A stretch of DNA of 64,000 nt, taken from the IMG/VR virus record IMGVR_UViG_3300042463_001805, positions 1 to 64,000 of that record; one strand, written 5' to 3'. The stretch comes from a virus. Lineage: Duplodnaviria; Caudoviricetes. The position numbers and the translations under genes are program-made. Under the pieces are notes generated by a model. The model did no database searches. It saw only the letters and a program-made list of their open reading frames with translations, and was not told the origin of the DNA. Shown in pieces: positions 29,067 to 38,899 of the stretch (positions within the stretch are counted from its first letter, which is position 1; each line of letters opens with the position of its first letter).

Positions 29067-30283
29067 GTTTCATTTTTAACAATAAAGTTTCTTATTCTGA
29101 TAGCCCAAATCTTGACGCTTTTGGTAGACTAAGAACTGCCGCGGTACAAAATTTAGTGGATATAAAACACGTTTATGATAAAAACCCACTACAAATAAAC
29201 GAAGTTACTGCAGGAACCGCAACATCAATATTTAATCAAGAGTATGCTAGAGTTAGAATGTCAACATCCGCAAATAATGATTTGGTAATTAGACAAGGTA
29301 AAACACACCCAATTTATCAACCAGGGAAGAGTCAATTATACCAAGCGAGCTTCTCAAATTTTCAATTAGAAACAAATATCATAAAAAGAGTTGGGGCTTT
29401 TACAACAATAACAGGGTCACCATACAATTCGGTTTTTGATGGATACTTTTTGGAAAGTAATGGGGTTACAAATGAAATAAGTTTTCAGATATGGAGGTCG
29501 GGTACAACGATATATAGTGCCGCAACAACAGTGTGGGATATTAATGGGTTTGACCCAGTAGGAATAAATTGGTCTAACACTAATTTAATGTCGGTTGATT
29601 ATCAATGGTTAGGTGTTGGTAGAATGAGATTTGGTTTGGATATTGCGGGACAATTATTTTATTTTACAGAACATAATTGTGCAAATAATGAACCAAACGT
29701 TTATATGTCATCACCCAATCAACCAATTAGATATGAGATAAGACAGATTGGTGTTGGTTCGGGGTATTTTGATATGATTTGTTCACAAGTGTGTTCAGAA
29801 GGTGCATTAAACGGGTTGTACTCAACTGTTGGAGTTATAAACTCAACAGTAGCAACTTTAGATTTATCAGGTACAAAATACCCATATATTGGTTATAGAC
29901 TTAAACAAGGTTATAAATCAGTTACATCACAATATAGTAGTTTGAGTATTTTAAACACCTCAAATGACAATTACCTACTAACCATTGAATATAACCCTAC
30001 ATTATCTGTAACCCCAAGTTGGACAGACATACCAAATTCACCATTTCAATATTCAGTTTACAACGGAACTGTGACGGCAACAATAACATCGCCAGGTCAC
30101 ATTATGTCATCCTTAATTGGTGAATCTGGAACATCAGCACTTACAACGATTAAGGTGGATGATAACCAAATTAGAGTTGGTTCTAATGTTAATGGAACAC
30201 TTGATGAAATGTGGGTGTGTATAACACCATTAAGTGCAAATGCAACATTTTTAGGTACTGCAGAAGTATTATATTATTTATGA
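29063..30283 (+). CDS. Virion structural protein, lectin-like beta-sandwich
   Basis: LDAFGRLR, YQPGKSQ, DYQWLGVGRMRFG, P.RYEI; ATGA overlap supports start at 29063. Confidence 0.6.
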   Translation: MSFIFNNKVSYSDSPNLDAFGRLRTAAVQNLVDIKHVYDKNPLQINEVTAGTATSIFNQEYARVRMSTSANNDLVIRQGKTHPIYQPGKSQLYQASFSNFQLETNIIKRVGAFTTITGSPYNSVFDGYFLESNGVTNEISFQIWRSGTTIYSAATTVWDINGFDPVGINWSNTNLMSVDYQWLGVGRMRFGLDIAGQLFYFTEHNCANNEPNVYMSSPNQPIRYEIRQIGVGSGYFDMICSQVCSEGALNGLYSTVGVINSTVATLDLSGTKYPYIGYRLKQGYKSVTSQYSSLSILNTSNDNYLLTIEYNPTLSVTPSWTDIPNSPFQYSVYNGTVTATITSPGHIMSSLIGESGTSALTTIKVDDNQIRVGSNVNGTLDEMWVCITPLSANATFLGTAEVLYYL

Positions 30284-30769
30284 TTAACTGAATACCTCAA
30301 AATACATTCTCTCTTTAGTACCAACCATTTGTTTATACCACAATCCTTTATCATCCATCCAAACATAAGGATCTTCAGGATTATCAGTCCACCCGTGTTT
30401 TGAATAATAATCAAAATCTTTTCTTAATAAGTTGGATCTGTGAGATGCATGAAATTCAGGATCACCCAACCAATGAGGTAAAATAAACTCACCTTCAATA
30501 GTTTCATATTCCATTGTGTTTTTAAATCCACGAGACTTCCACACGTCAATAGAGTCGTTGTAATACAGTTTAAGAGCATTTACATAATCACGCCACATAA
30601 CAGAACAAGGATGTGATGTCCAACCCTTATATGGTTGTCCATTCTTTTTTGGTCTGCCCGTGATTGCAGATATAATTTGGTAAGCCTCAACTCGTTGTTT
30701 ACCGAGTCGTTTATTATCTAAAGATTCTAATGACCTTTTAAAATCTAAATATGGAAGGAATGTTTGCAT
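30284..30769 (-). CDS. Pyrimidine-dimer DNA glycosylase (T4 endonuclease V-like family)
   Basis: MQTFLPY...LDNKRLGKQRVEA.QI, HP...MW, P.WLG..FH.SHRSNLLRKD; TATCTTTG box at 30774-30781. Confidence 0.85.
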   Translation of the reverse strand: MQTFLPYLDFKRSLESLDNKRLGKQRVEAYQIISAITGRPKKNGQPYKGWTSHPCSVMWRDYVNALKLYYNDSIDVWKSRGFKNTMEYETIEGEFILPHWLGDPEFHASHRSNLLRKDFDYYSKHGWTDNPEDPYVWMDDKGLWYKQMVGTKERMYFEVFS

Positions 30770-30862
30770 ATCACAAAGATACAACAATTTTTGATATAAC
30801 CAATTGACTTAAATGATTTTTTATGATATATATTATATAAATAAACGTTTAATTTTTATAAA

Positions 30863-31048
30863 ATGAAAAAGTTAGTATTAGTGTGTCTTACGGTTTTGAC
30901 CACAATTTCTCTATTGACTTCTTGTGGTGAAAAAACGGCAACTCAAAATGCTACTGAAGTGGCTACACCTACAGCGTCACCTGAAGCAACTGCGGTTGAT
31001 TCTACGGCAACTGCTACAGACGTTGTTGTTGACACAACAAAAAAGTAA
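30863..31048 (+). CDS. Small Ala/Thr-rich lipoprotein
   Basis: Signal with lipobox LTSC. Confidence 0.7.
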   Translation: MKKLVLVCLTVLTTISLLTSCGEKTATQNATEVATPTASPEATAVDSTATATDVVVDTTKK

Positions 31049-31070
31049 TTAGGGTTTAACCTAAAAAACA

Positions 31071-31098
31071 AAACCCACTTCAAAAGAGTGGGTTTTTT
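31071..31098. terminator. Bidirectional intrinsic terminator between lipoprotein and tmRNA
   Basis: AAACCCACTT-CAAAA-GAGTGGGTTTTTT. Confidence 0.75.
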
Positions 31099-31101
31099 AA
31101 T

Positions 31102-31506
31102 TGGTGGAGGTGCGGAGGCTCGAACTCCGGTCCATAATATCCTGTCAGATAAGGACTACACGTTTAGGTTAACATTTTCTAATGTTCCAAAATAGATGGT
31201 TTTTTAAAATCCGAACCAACAAACAGATACAATCAAATGACCCCCTGATTATTAGGGGTTGTTCCTTTTCGGGTAGAAACCACACCTTTGTAAAGACTTC
31301 TGTTGCTAGGTTATATGTCCACCGACCCCCCGTTTCCGTGCTTAACTTAAGCTACAGTAACTTGCTCAGTTGAAATTAAACCAACCACTGAAAGGTTATC
31401 AAGTACGTTGCCGTATATAAATGTGAATCAGTTTTTAAGGAGATTAATTCAGTCCCCACGTGCCCTTATTCCTCAGCCGATACCTGTCAAATCCAAAAAC
31501 ACCCCC
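31102..31506 (-). ncRNA. ssrA: tmRNA
   Basis: 5' GGGGGTG..GGATTTGACAG; 3' T-arm CGGAG-TTCGAGC-CTCCG then CACCTCCA-CCA; acceptor stem has G3.U70; internal tag ORF 31347-31412. Confidence 0.92.
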
Positions 31507-31526
31507 ATATTTTCAAAGAACTTATA

Positions 31527-31534
31527 CAAAGATA
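31527..31534 (-). promoter_or_regulatory. Bacteroidota housekeeping-sigma -7 box TAnnTTTG (representative copy, upstream of tmRNA)
   Basis: TATCTTTG; other copies at 7201, 30774, 36182, 40737, 41968. Confidence 0.7.
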
Positions 31535-31572
31535 ATATATTTGTTTCTATTATCCAATATATTTATATAAAT

Positions 31573-32769
31573 ATGTTGAAAAAAAAGTTTATTTTTGAAA
31601 ACGAAGATGAAGATCCTGACAACTGGTCTGATTATAAAAACATCATGCATTTAGCAAAAAATAGAATCAGTCCATATAGAGTTACTTTTGAAACATCTGA
31701 TGGTAAAAGTTTTGATGATATTATTGAAGTTACTCGCGATGGTATAATTTTTACTTTTGATGGGTTAGAAGATTATTTAAAATTTTTCTTTCCTGATGTT
31801 TACGGTGAAGATGATGATGGTGAATATGATGCTAGATATTATGATGCGATGTATAACGGTAGATGGGAGTGGTATGATGACTTTTATAATAGAGATAGTG
31901 ATGATTGGAAAGAAGGATATGTTACAGATCGTTTTAGAAAAAATCATTTAGAATTAATTAGAGATATAACAAAAACCATTTCACCAAGACTTTATACAAA
32001 ACTATCAAAAATGTTGGAAGAAGGAACTCCTCTTGAATCAGAATTAAATATTGAAATAAGAGATTTTTTAGAGACGATAAATATTGGTGATGAAATAACA
32101 GAAGCCTACACAGATGCGAATTATGCTGCAGTTGTAGATGAAATACCAAAAGGAATTAAAGACACATATTGTGATTGTTTAAAAAATGTTGGTGTTGAAA
32201 GGTATAGTCAAAAATATTGTTTTTGGAAATATCAAATGGATTGGGGATCTTGTATGATGTTATATGCTCGTTTTGGAACTGATGAAGATAAACTTTTAGA
32301 TTTATTATTTGAAGCCATTAAAAAAGATGGTATTAGACATTTGCCGGTTTATTATGAAATGCAATATGAATTTTGGGATAGTCAAAAATTTGACGAGACT
32401 TGGAATAGTGGTGTTGAAAGAGTATTAGAAAAGAAATTGGAAGAAATACAAAGTGATTCTGAAAAATATGATGAAAAATATTTTGAAGTTTTAGATAAAG
32501 TAATGGAACTTGGGGGTATTAATACTTGGATCAGAACAAAAGACAAAAAATATGAAATATTAATTGATGATATTGAACCAAGTACTAGTTTAATTAGATA
32601 TAAAATTAAAGAACCTTATCTTCAAAACTTAATTCATAATAAGTGGAATACTAAAGTAGGAAAAACTGATATTGATAGTTTAATTAGTATGATTTATAAT
32701 GAAAAGTTATTTAACATGATGGAGCATCTTGATAAATTTTCAATACTTAGAAATAAGACGTTCCTTTAA
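31573..32769 (+). CDS. Acidic hypothetical protein
   Basis: Start moved to MLKKKFIFE after TATTTAT at 31560; the longer track ORF overlaps the tmRNA. Confidence 0.7.
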   Translation: MLKKKFIFENEDEDPDNWSDYKNIMHLAKNRISPYRVTFETSDGKSFDDIIEVTRDGIIFTFDGLEDYLKFFFPDVYGEDDDGEYDARYYDAMYNGRWEWYDDFYNRDSDDWKEGYVTDRFRKNHLELIRDITKTISPRLYTKLSKMLEEGTPLESELNIEIRDFLETINIGDEITEAYTDANYAAVVDEIPKGIKDTYCDCLKNVGVERYSQKYCFWKYQMDWGSCMMLYARFGTDEDKLLDLLFEAIKKDGIRHLPVYYEMQYEFWDSQKFDETWNSGVERVLEKKLEEIQSDSEKYDEKYFEVLDKVMELGGINTWIRTKDKKYEILIDDIEPSTSLIRYKIKEPYLQNLIHNKWNTKVGKTDIDSLISMIYNEKLFNMMEHLDKFSILRNKTFL

Positions 32770-33780
32770 TATCTCATATAAGTAAACCAAGTCATCATCA
32801 TTTATAAAAAGATTATTACCATCAAAAATATCTGATATTGTAATACCATCTTTTTCTTCAATTACATCAATACTTTCTAATTGATGAACAGGGTAATCTT
32901 CTTCCTCATCTTGAAATTGTAATAACGAGTTCATAACAGTTTGTGGTGTATAAACAATTGGTTTATATTCGTATTTATATTTTTTCAAACCCAATTCTTT
33001 AACCATATTTAATCCTGCTGTAATTGCATTTTCAACATCTTCTATTGAAATAAATTCTTGGTTTGAGTGCATGTTATAATAACCACAAGACATATTGATA
33101 CAACAAACATCAATTTTCTTTTTTAATTGTGATATATCAGTATAGGGGTGTGATTGAACAAGCATTTCATTTCCAAACGCATTTTCAATAACATCTAATG
33201 TTTTAATAAAAAATTCACTATCACGTTCAAATAAACGAACTCCCGAGCAAATCTCGGAGATTAAATGATTTCCTGGTGCATCATATTGCGTAATGTATCC
33301 AACATCTTGTAAAAAGTTTTCATCACATTTTGAAGATCCGTGACAACCTGTCTCTTCTGAAACAAATAGACCAATTTTTACTTTATCTAAAGTTTTTAAT
33401 AACTCTAAACAGATAAAAATACCACATTTATCATCACCACCAATACCTGTTGGATTACCATCTTCGGTGTACGCCTTTAAACATGGGACTTTAACCTCAT
33501 CAAACTTTTTTCCAAATGTATTGGGTCTGATGAGGTCTTCTTCTTTAACTACTATTTTATCTACCTTATGATGAACGGTGTCCGTGTGTGCAATAAACAT
33601 TGGGTAGTATTCACCTTCGTTTAATTCACCTTTAGTTGCATATATATTCATCATATCATCTCGGTAGTAGGAGACGCCTGGAATTGTGTCAAGTTCATTA
33701 CAAAGATATTCTACCATATCTTCTTCTTGATATGTTTTAGAAGGGACTGATAGCAACTCTTTGAATTTATTTATGTTCAT
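32740..33780 (-). CDS. M20/M28-clan zinc exopeptidase
   Basis: AHTDTVH, GGDDKCG, SEETG, YD, GYYNMHS.QE. Confidence 0.8.
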   Translation of the reverse strand: MNINKFKELLSVPSKTYQEEDMVEYLCNELDTIPGVSYYRDDMMNIYATKGELNEGEYYPMFIAHTDTVHHKVDKIVVKEEDLIRPNTFGKKFDEVKVPCLKAYTEDGNPTGIGGDDKCGIFICLELLKTLDKVKIGLFVSEETGCHGSSKCDENFLQDVGYITQYDAPGNHLISEICSGVRLFERDSEFFIKTLDVIENAFGNEMLVQSHPYTDISQLKKKIDVCCINMSCGYYNMHSNQEFISIEDVENAITAGLNMVKELGLKKYKYEYKPIVYTPQTVMNSLLQFQDEEEDYPVHQLESIDVIEEKDGITISDIFDGNNLFINDDDLVYLYEILKERLISKY

Positions 33781-33828
33781 TTAATTTTTTTATAAAGATA
33801 GTATATTTATATAGAAAAAACAAATTTT

Positions 33829-35562
33829 ATGAAAAAAAATTTATTAGAGAGTGAAATTAAAAGGTTTCAAGAATTATCAAATTACGACGCAAATAATAAT
33901 AGTGTATTATCTGAAAATAAAATAGATTTTTATGATAATGAAAATGAAAGAATTTTAGAAATGCACCATAGAGCAATTAATAAAGAATTTTTAACTGAGG
34001 ATGAAGATGATCCTGTAGTTAGAAAAAAGTTTGATTTTGGTGCAAAAGTCAAAGGCCAAAAATACCCAAGGTGGTGGGGTAAACATGGTGGAGGGGCCGA
34101 AGCTAGATTAACTTTAGATTACAAAAAATATAGAGAAATAGATAAAGAACTTAATACCGGTGCCGATCTACTAGCAAAAATGAATGAAGATATAGGTGGT
34201 AATAAAGATTGGGCAATGATACCACCAAATGTTAAATCTGCACTGGCTAACGGATTCAACGAATTTTTACAAGTCGCATCAAAGTCAGAACACATAAAAA
34301 AATTAAGCAGACAAAAAAGAAGAGATTTAAGAAAAATATTTAAAAAGGCTCAAAGATGGAAATTCAAAATAGTTGATTTAAAAAATAATCTATCACAACC
34401 CGAAGAAGGTAAAAAGAAAGCGTCAAAAATAAAACCAGAACTTACAGTGACGTTTCCACAAGGAGAGGGAGCACCAACAGAAGAACAAATAATAGCAGAA
34501 ATAAGAGAAAGTTTAAATGATATTAACATGGCTAACTGTGAAGGTCCAACTATTGGTGCACCTAGTTGTAGTGCTTTAGTAGGTCAAAATGTGACTGTCA
34601 CTGAAGATGATGGTACAAGTTACACTTTAGTACAACCTGTATCTAGAGAAGTATCAAAAGGTGCGTTAGAAACCGCAGTTGTTTATGAGATGATAACACC
34701 AGCATCATATAAAAGAGGTGAGGGGGGGACGTATTTTTTACAAGACACCAAACAAATTGTTATACCTAATGAAGATTCAGGTTTTGCCCCTGGTAGCGAT
34801 GTTGTTGATACCACTTATGTTGATAAAACTGTTCAAACAATATATGATCAACTTATGAATACCACCTTTGAACTTACAGATGAAAAGACAAAAAAAGTTA
34901 TAGTTACTAAAACGGGTAGGGATATAGTTGATGATATAAATGCTGGATTAACAAAATCTGCAATTGTGTTTGAATATATGGACACCACCTCATCGGCAAG
35001 TAATATTTGGTCAGGAAAAAAAGCTTTAGATTTTACACATAAAAATGATGGAACAAAGGTTAAAAACCTTAATGACTTACCTACAACTGGTGAGGATAAA
35101 TCGAACACAAACTTAGCAATAAGAAGAAATAAAAATTTAACAGCAGCAGTACTTGCGGCTTTAGACAAACTACCGGGAATTAAAAGGTATGGTGATTTTA
35201 AATTAAGTCAAGAATTGAGGGTTACCGATACGGGTGGTAAAACAGATGATACAAGAGATAAAAGTAAATATCCTAATATTGGACAATATGGAGGATTTAA
35301 AGTTGGGTTTATGGCATATGTTGAAGAGGCTGTGGTAAAGAAGGAAAAAACGGGAGTAAAAGGTAAGATCGGCCAAAGTTTAATAAAACTTGTATGGGTT
35401 GGTGCCCCTGATACGGGTGTGGAATTTAATTTTGATATTGACTTTGACTGGTGGCCAGGAACAACAAATAGAATAGTTCATAAAAATATTTTTACGGGTC
35501 AATTACAGGCAGGAGGTGCTTGGTGGAGTAAAAATTTAAGAGGTTATAATAAAGTTTTTTAA
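33829..35562 (+). CDS. Double-leader cargo protein with possible degenerate OmpA-like domain
   Basis: LLESEIKRFQELS..VLSE and NENERILEMH..FLTE; TSSASN...NTNLAIRR resembles an OmpA-like C-terminal motif. Confidence 0.6.
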   Translation: MKKNLLESEIKRFQELSNYDANNNSVLSENKIDFYDNENERILEMHHRAINKEFLTEDEDDPVVRKKFDFGAKVKGQKYPRWWGKHGGGAEARLTLDYKKYREIDKELNTGADLLAKMNEDIGGNKDWAMIPPNVKSALANGFNEFLQVASKSEHIKKLSRQKRRDLRKIFKKAQRWKFKIVDLKNNLSQPEEGKKKASKIKPELTVTFPQGEGAPTEEQIIAEIRESLNDINMANCEGPTIGAPSCSALVGQNVTVTEDDGTSYTLVQPVSREVSKGALETAVVYEMITPASYKRGEGGTYFLQDTKQIVIPNEDSGFAPGSDVVDTTYVDKTVQTIYDQLMNTTFELTDEKTKKVIVTKTGRDIVDDINAGLTKSAIVFEYMDTTSSASNIWSGKKALDFTHKNDGTKVKNLNDLPTTGEDKSNTNLAIRRNKNLTAAVLAALDKLPGIKRYGDFKLSQELRVTDTGGKTDDTRDKSKYPNIGQYGGFKVGFMAYVEEAVVKKEKTGVKGKIGQSLIKLVWVGAPDTGVEFNFDIDFDWWPGTTNRIVHKNIFTGQLQAGGAWWSKNLRGYNKVF

Positions 35563-36155
35563 TCTAATTTTTTATTAGATAAAACCGAAACAACACATAA
35601 GGTATTAGATTCTATATTAAAATAAACACTGACCCCTATTTTATTTAATCTACTATTTTCTACTGTATATTTGTGACCTTTAGAGTTTAACCAAGCATTT
35701 AAAACGTAATTTGATATAATTTTTTCACTTCTATCGGGATTATTGATTATTCGTGATAAACCACCTATTCCAAAAATAATTTCATAAACATTATTGAACT
35801 TATTTTCTTTGTCAAATTTTAATACTCTATCATCTGAAGTTTTTAATATTTCATTATCACCCACATATGTTAATTTGTCTACGGTTCTAACTTCGGTGTG
35901 TGATATGTAGAAACTTTTTGAATTATCCCCATTTAAAACCTTTAAATATTCATTATGATAACTTGACGCACTATCTAAAACAGATTCTCTATTTACTGTG
36001 ATGATATTATTTTTTGTTCTGTGTTCGTTAATACTTTCAATAATTGAATTTTCAAGATCTAAAATAAATTTTGAAATACTGTCATGTCTATCTTTTTTTT
36101 GAGAAAAAGAAAACAAAGATAAAAATAAGAATAAAGAAAAAAGAAAAGTTTTCAT
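35559..36155 (-). CDS. Secreted CAP/SCP-domain protein
   Basis: Signal peptide ending FS|Q; INEHR, L...S..H..Y, SH, WLNSKGH, IGVSV. Confidence 0.8.
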   Translation of the reverse strand: MKTFLFSLFLFLSLFSFSQKKDRHDSISKFILDLENSIIESINEHRTKNNIITVNRESVLDSASSYHNEYLKVLNGDNSKSFYISHTEVRTVDKLTYVGDNEILKTSDDRVLKFDKENKFNNVYEIIFGIGGLSRIINNPDRSEKIISNYVLNAWLNSKGHKYTVENSRLNKIGVSVYFNIESNTLCVVSVLSNKKLD

Positions 36156-36213
36156 ATGTGTTATATTAAATAATTATAATACAAACATACGAAAACTTTT
36201 GATATTTACAAAA

Positions 36214-38250
36214 CTATTTTTTACGTTTTGTTGGTTTTTTTATTTTAACCTCAGTTTTTTTATCTTTTTCATTATATGATAAAATAAACTTGGATCCTTT
36301 TTCAGGGTTATCGCTAATTACTTTATCGGTAACCGCATCATCAACCCATTTTTGAATGGTTCTTTTTAATATACGAGCACCAAATCTAGTGTCTGTACCA
36401 ACAGTTATTATATGTTTTTTTAATGTCTCATCCACTTCTAATTCAAAATCAATTGCAGATACTCTTTCATAAACTTTTTCAAGTTCTAGATCTACAATTT
36501 TTAATAAGTCAGTTTCATTAAGGTCTTTAAAATAAATTATCTCATCAAAACGGTTAATGAATTCAGGTGCAAACTTTTTGAATAATTCTTTTTCTAAAAG
36601 TGATTTTACCTCCTCTTCTTTTTTCTCAACTTTTGAATTTGTTGCAAACCCAACACCGGTACCAAAATCTTGAACTACCTTTGTCCCAACGTTAGAAGTC
36701 ATTAAAATTATACAATTTTTAAAATTAATTTTTCTACCATGACCGTCAGTTAAAAAACCTTCATCTAACATTTGTAAAAATACATTAAAAATTTCAGGAT
36801 GTGCCTTTTCTATTTCGTCTAACAATATTACAGAATAAGGTTTATTTTTAATTTTATTTAAAAATGGAGAACCATCTTCATAACCAACATAACCCGGTGA
36901 TGTTCCTGTTAATTTTGATGTTGCAATTTTATCTGAAAATTCACTCATATCTAATCTAATAAGTGCGTCTTCGGTATTAAACATATGTTTTGCCAATTGT
37001 TTTGCTAACTCAGTTTTACCAACACCCGAATTACCAATTAATAATCCACTAAATATTGGTTTTTTAGGGTCGTTTAATCCGACCTTATTTCTTTGAATTG
37101 ATCTTGATATTTTTGCAACAGCATCATCTTGACCAATAACTTTTGTTGATAAAGTATCTTTTAAAGTTTTTAATTGTTCGGTTTCGTCTGTTGAAATTTT
37201 TGATATTGGAATTTTTGTCATTAATGATACAACATCATATACAATATCGTCAGTTACTTCTCTTTTAAATAAATTTCTATTTTTTTCAAATTCAGCCTTT
37301 TCTCTTTCTAAATCATTTAAAACTTTTCTTTCTTTATCTCTAAGATTTGCGGCCTCCTCATATCTTTGACTATTGATAACTCTAACCTTTTCTTCTTTGA
37401 TTTCTTGAGCTTGCCTTTTTAGGTCCTCAATAATCTCAGGTAATTTAATTTCAACTTGAGATCTTGCGCCAACCTCATCAATAATATCAAATGCTTTATC
37501 AGGAAACTCTCTATCTGTAATATAACGGTCAGCTAACTCAACACATAATTTTAATATATCATCACTATAAGTTACTTTATGGTGGTTTTCATATCTATCT
37601 TTTGAATTTTGAAGTATCTGTAAGGTTTCTTCTTTTGTTGATGGATCAACCATTACTTTTTGAAATCTTCTTTCTAATGCTCCGTCCTTTTCAATGTTTT
37701 TTCTATACTCTTCAAGTGTAGTTGCACCAATACATTGTAATTCACCACGAGATAATGCCGGTTTAAATATATTTGACGCATCCATTGATCCCGATGAATT
37801 ACCCGCACCAATCATTGTATGTATTTCATCAATAAAAATAATTATATCAGGATTGTTGTATAACTCTTCAATAATTACTTTCATTCTTTCTTCAAACTGA
37901 CCTCTATATTTTGTTCCCGCAACAATTGATGTCATGTCTAATGAAACAATTCTTTTTCCTGATAAATTCTGTGGACAATCACCCTCAAATATTTTTTTAG
38001 CCAATCCTTCAACTATTGCCGTTTTACCACAACCTGGTTCACCTAAAATAATTGGGTTATTTTTCTTTCTTCTAGAAAGTATTTGAGCGATTCTATTAAT
38101 CTCATTTTCTCTACCAACAACAGGATCCAATTTTCCTTCTTCCGCCAGTTTTATAAGGTCTCTTGAAAAGTTATCTAAAACAGGTGTTTTTGTTTTTGTC
38201 TCTGTATTTTTACTTTTAGATTTTTCTGATTCGTCAAATGATTCAATCAT
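36214..38250 (-). CDS. clpC: ClpC-type Hsp100 ATPase lacking the N-terminal domain
   Basis: LDPVVGR, GEPGCGKT, FIDEIH, ALERRFQ, UVR middle domain, GNSGVGKT, LDEIEKAH, VGF ClpP-docking loop. Confidence 0.92.
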   Translation of the reverse strand: MIESFDESEKSKSKNTETKTKTPVLDNFSRDLIKLAEEGKLDPVVGRENEINRIAQILSRRKKNNPIILGEPGCGKTAIVEGLAKKIFEGDCPQNLSGKRIVSLDMTSIVAGTKYRGQFEERMKVIIEELYNNPDIIIFIDEIHTMIGAGNSSGSMDASNIFKPALSRGELQCIGATTLEEYRKNIEKDGALERRFQKVMVDPSTKEETLQILQNSKDRYENHHKVTYSDDILKLCVELADRYITDREFPDKAFDIIDEVGARSQVEIKLPEIIEDLKRQAQEIKEEKVRVINSQRYEEAANLRDKERKVLNDLEREKAEFEKNRNLFKREVTDDIVYDVVSLMTKIPISKISTDETEQLKTLKDTLSTKVIGQDDAVAKISRSIQRNKVGLNDPKKPIFSGLLIGNSGVGKTELAKQLAKHMFNTEDALIRLDMSEFSDKIATSKLTGTSPGYVGYEDGSPFLNKIKNKPYSVILLDEIEKAHPEIFNVFLQMLDEGFLTDGHGRKINFKNCIILMTSNVGTKVVQDFGTGVGFATNSKVEKKEEEVKSLLEKELFKKFAPEFINRFDEIIYFKDLNETDLLKIVDLELEKVYERVSAIDFELEVDETLKKHIITVGTDTRFGARILKRTIQKWVDDAVTDKVISDNPEKGSKFILSYNEKDKKTEVKIKKPTKRKK

Positions 38251-38324
38251 AATAATTTTTTTAATTTTTTATTTGTTTAAAAGTTAATTAAATATAGATT
38301 AATAATCAATAATTTTTAATTTTT

Positions 38325-38384
38325 TGTCATCATGTCATATATACTGACATTTTGTCATGTTTTTATGTTTGGCATTTAATTGGT
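38325..38384. promoter_or_regulatory. Candidate operator (TGACA-N3-TGTCA) and sigma54-like box in the clpC/UVR divergent region
   Basis: TGTCAtcaTGTCA 38325-38337; perfect palindrome TGACAtttTGTCA 38345-38357; TGGCATTTAATTGGT from 38370. Confidence 0.45.
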
Positions 38385-38425
38385 GTAAAATCATACCAAA
38401 ATAAACTTATAAAAAAAATAAAATT

Positions 38426-38791
38426 ATGTTTAGTAGAAATTTTGAAAAATTATTTAATGAACTATGGTCATCAGATCCATTATTTAATGGTGATAATTGG
38501 GAAAGAAAAAACTATAAGTCTGAAGATGGTAGTATCTCATTTACCTACGTTACAAATAAACGTGGGGGACTTAATAAACAAGATGAAATATCTTTACTGA
38601 AACAAAAATTAGATATTGCTGTTGATGAACAGAATTTTGAAGAGGCGGTAGAGTTAAGAGACAAGATTAAAAATTTAGAAAAAAATAAAGAAGAACTTAC
38701 AAAACTTAATAAAGAACTAGATGAATATGTAAAAAAACAAGATTTTGAAAATGCAATCAAAATAAGAGATAAAATTAGAAGTTTAAAATAA
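38426..38791 (+). CDS. Tandem UVR (UvrB/C coiled-coil) domain protein, possible ClpC adaptor
   Basis: LKQKL..AV.EQNFEEA.ELRDKI and L...V..QDFENA.KIRDKI. Confidence 0.8.
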   Translation: MFSRNFEKLFNELWSSDPLFNGDNWERKNYKSEDGSISFTYVTNKRGGLNKQDEISLLKQKLDIAVDEQNFEEAVELRDKIKNLEKNKEELTKLNKELDEYVKKQDFENAIKIRDKIRSLK

Positions 38792-38813
38792 AAATGTTCT
38801 TATTTTAGTTTTT

Positions 38814-38845
38814 AAACCTGTCCGTAAGGATGGGTTTTTTTTTTT
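38814..38845 (+). terminator. Intrinsic terminator
   Basis: AAACCTGTCC-GTAA-GGATGGGTTT followed by T tract. Confidence 0.75.
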
Positions 38846-38899
38846 GATTTACAACTTTTTTTTAAAAGGAATATATTTATTTGAAAAGAAAATAAAATT

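Noticed and set aside
31102-31135. Stand-alone tRNA gene
   Set aside because: Only the T-arm and acceptor 3' half are here; the matching 5' strand is about 400 nt away, which identifies a tmRNA
31182-31572. ORF 31182-31373 and the N-terminal extension 31408-31572
   Set aside because: Both overlap the tmRNA or its promoter in antisense; a better start lies at 31573 after TATTTAT
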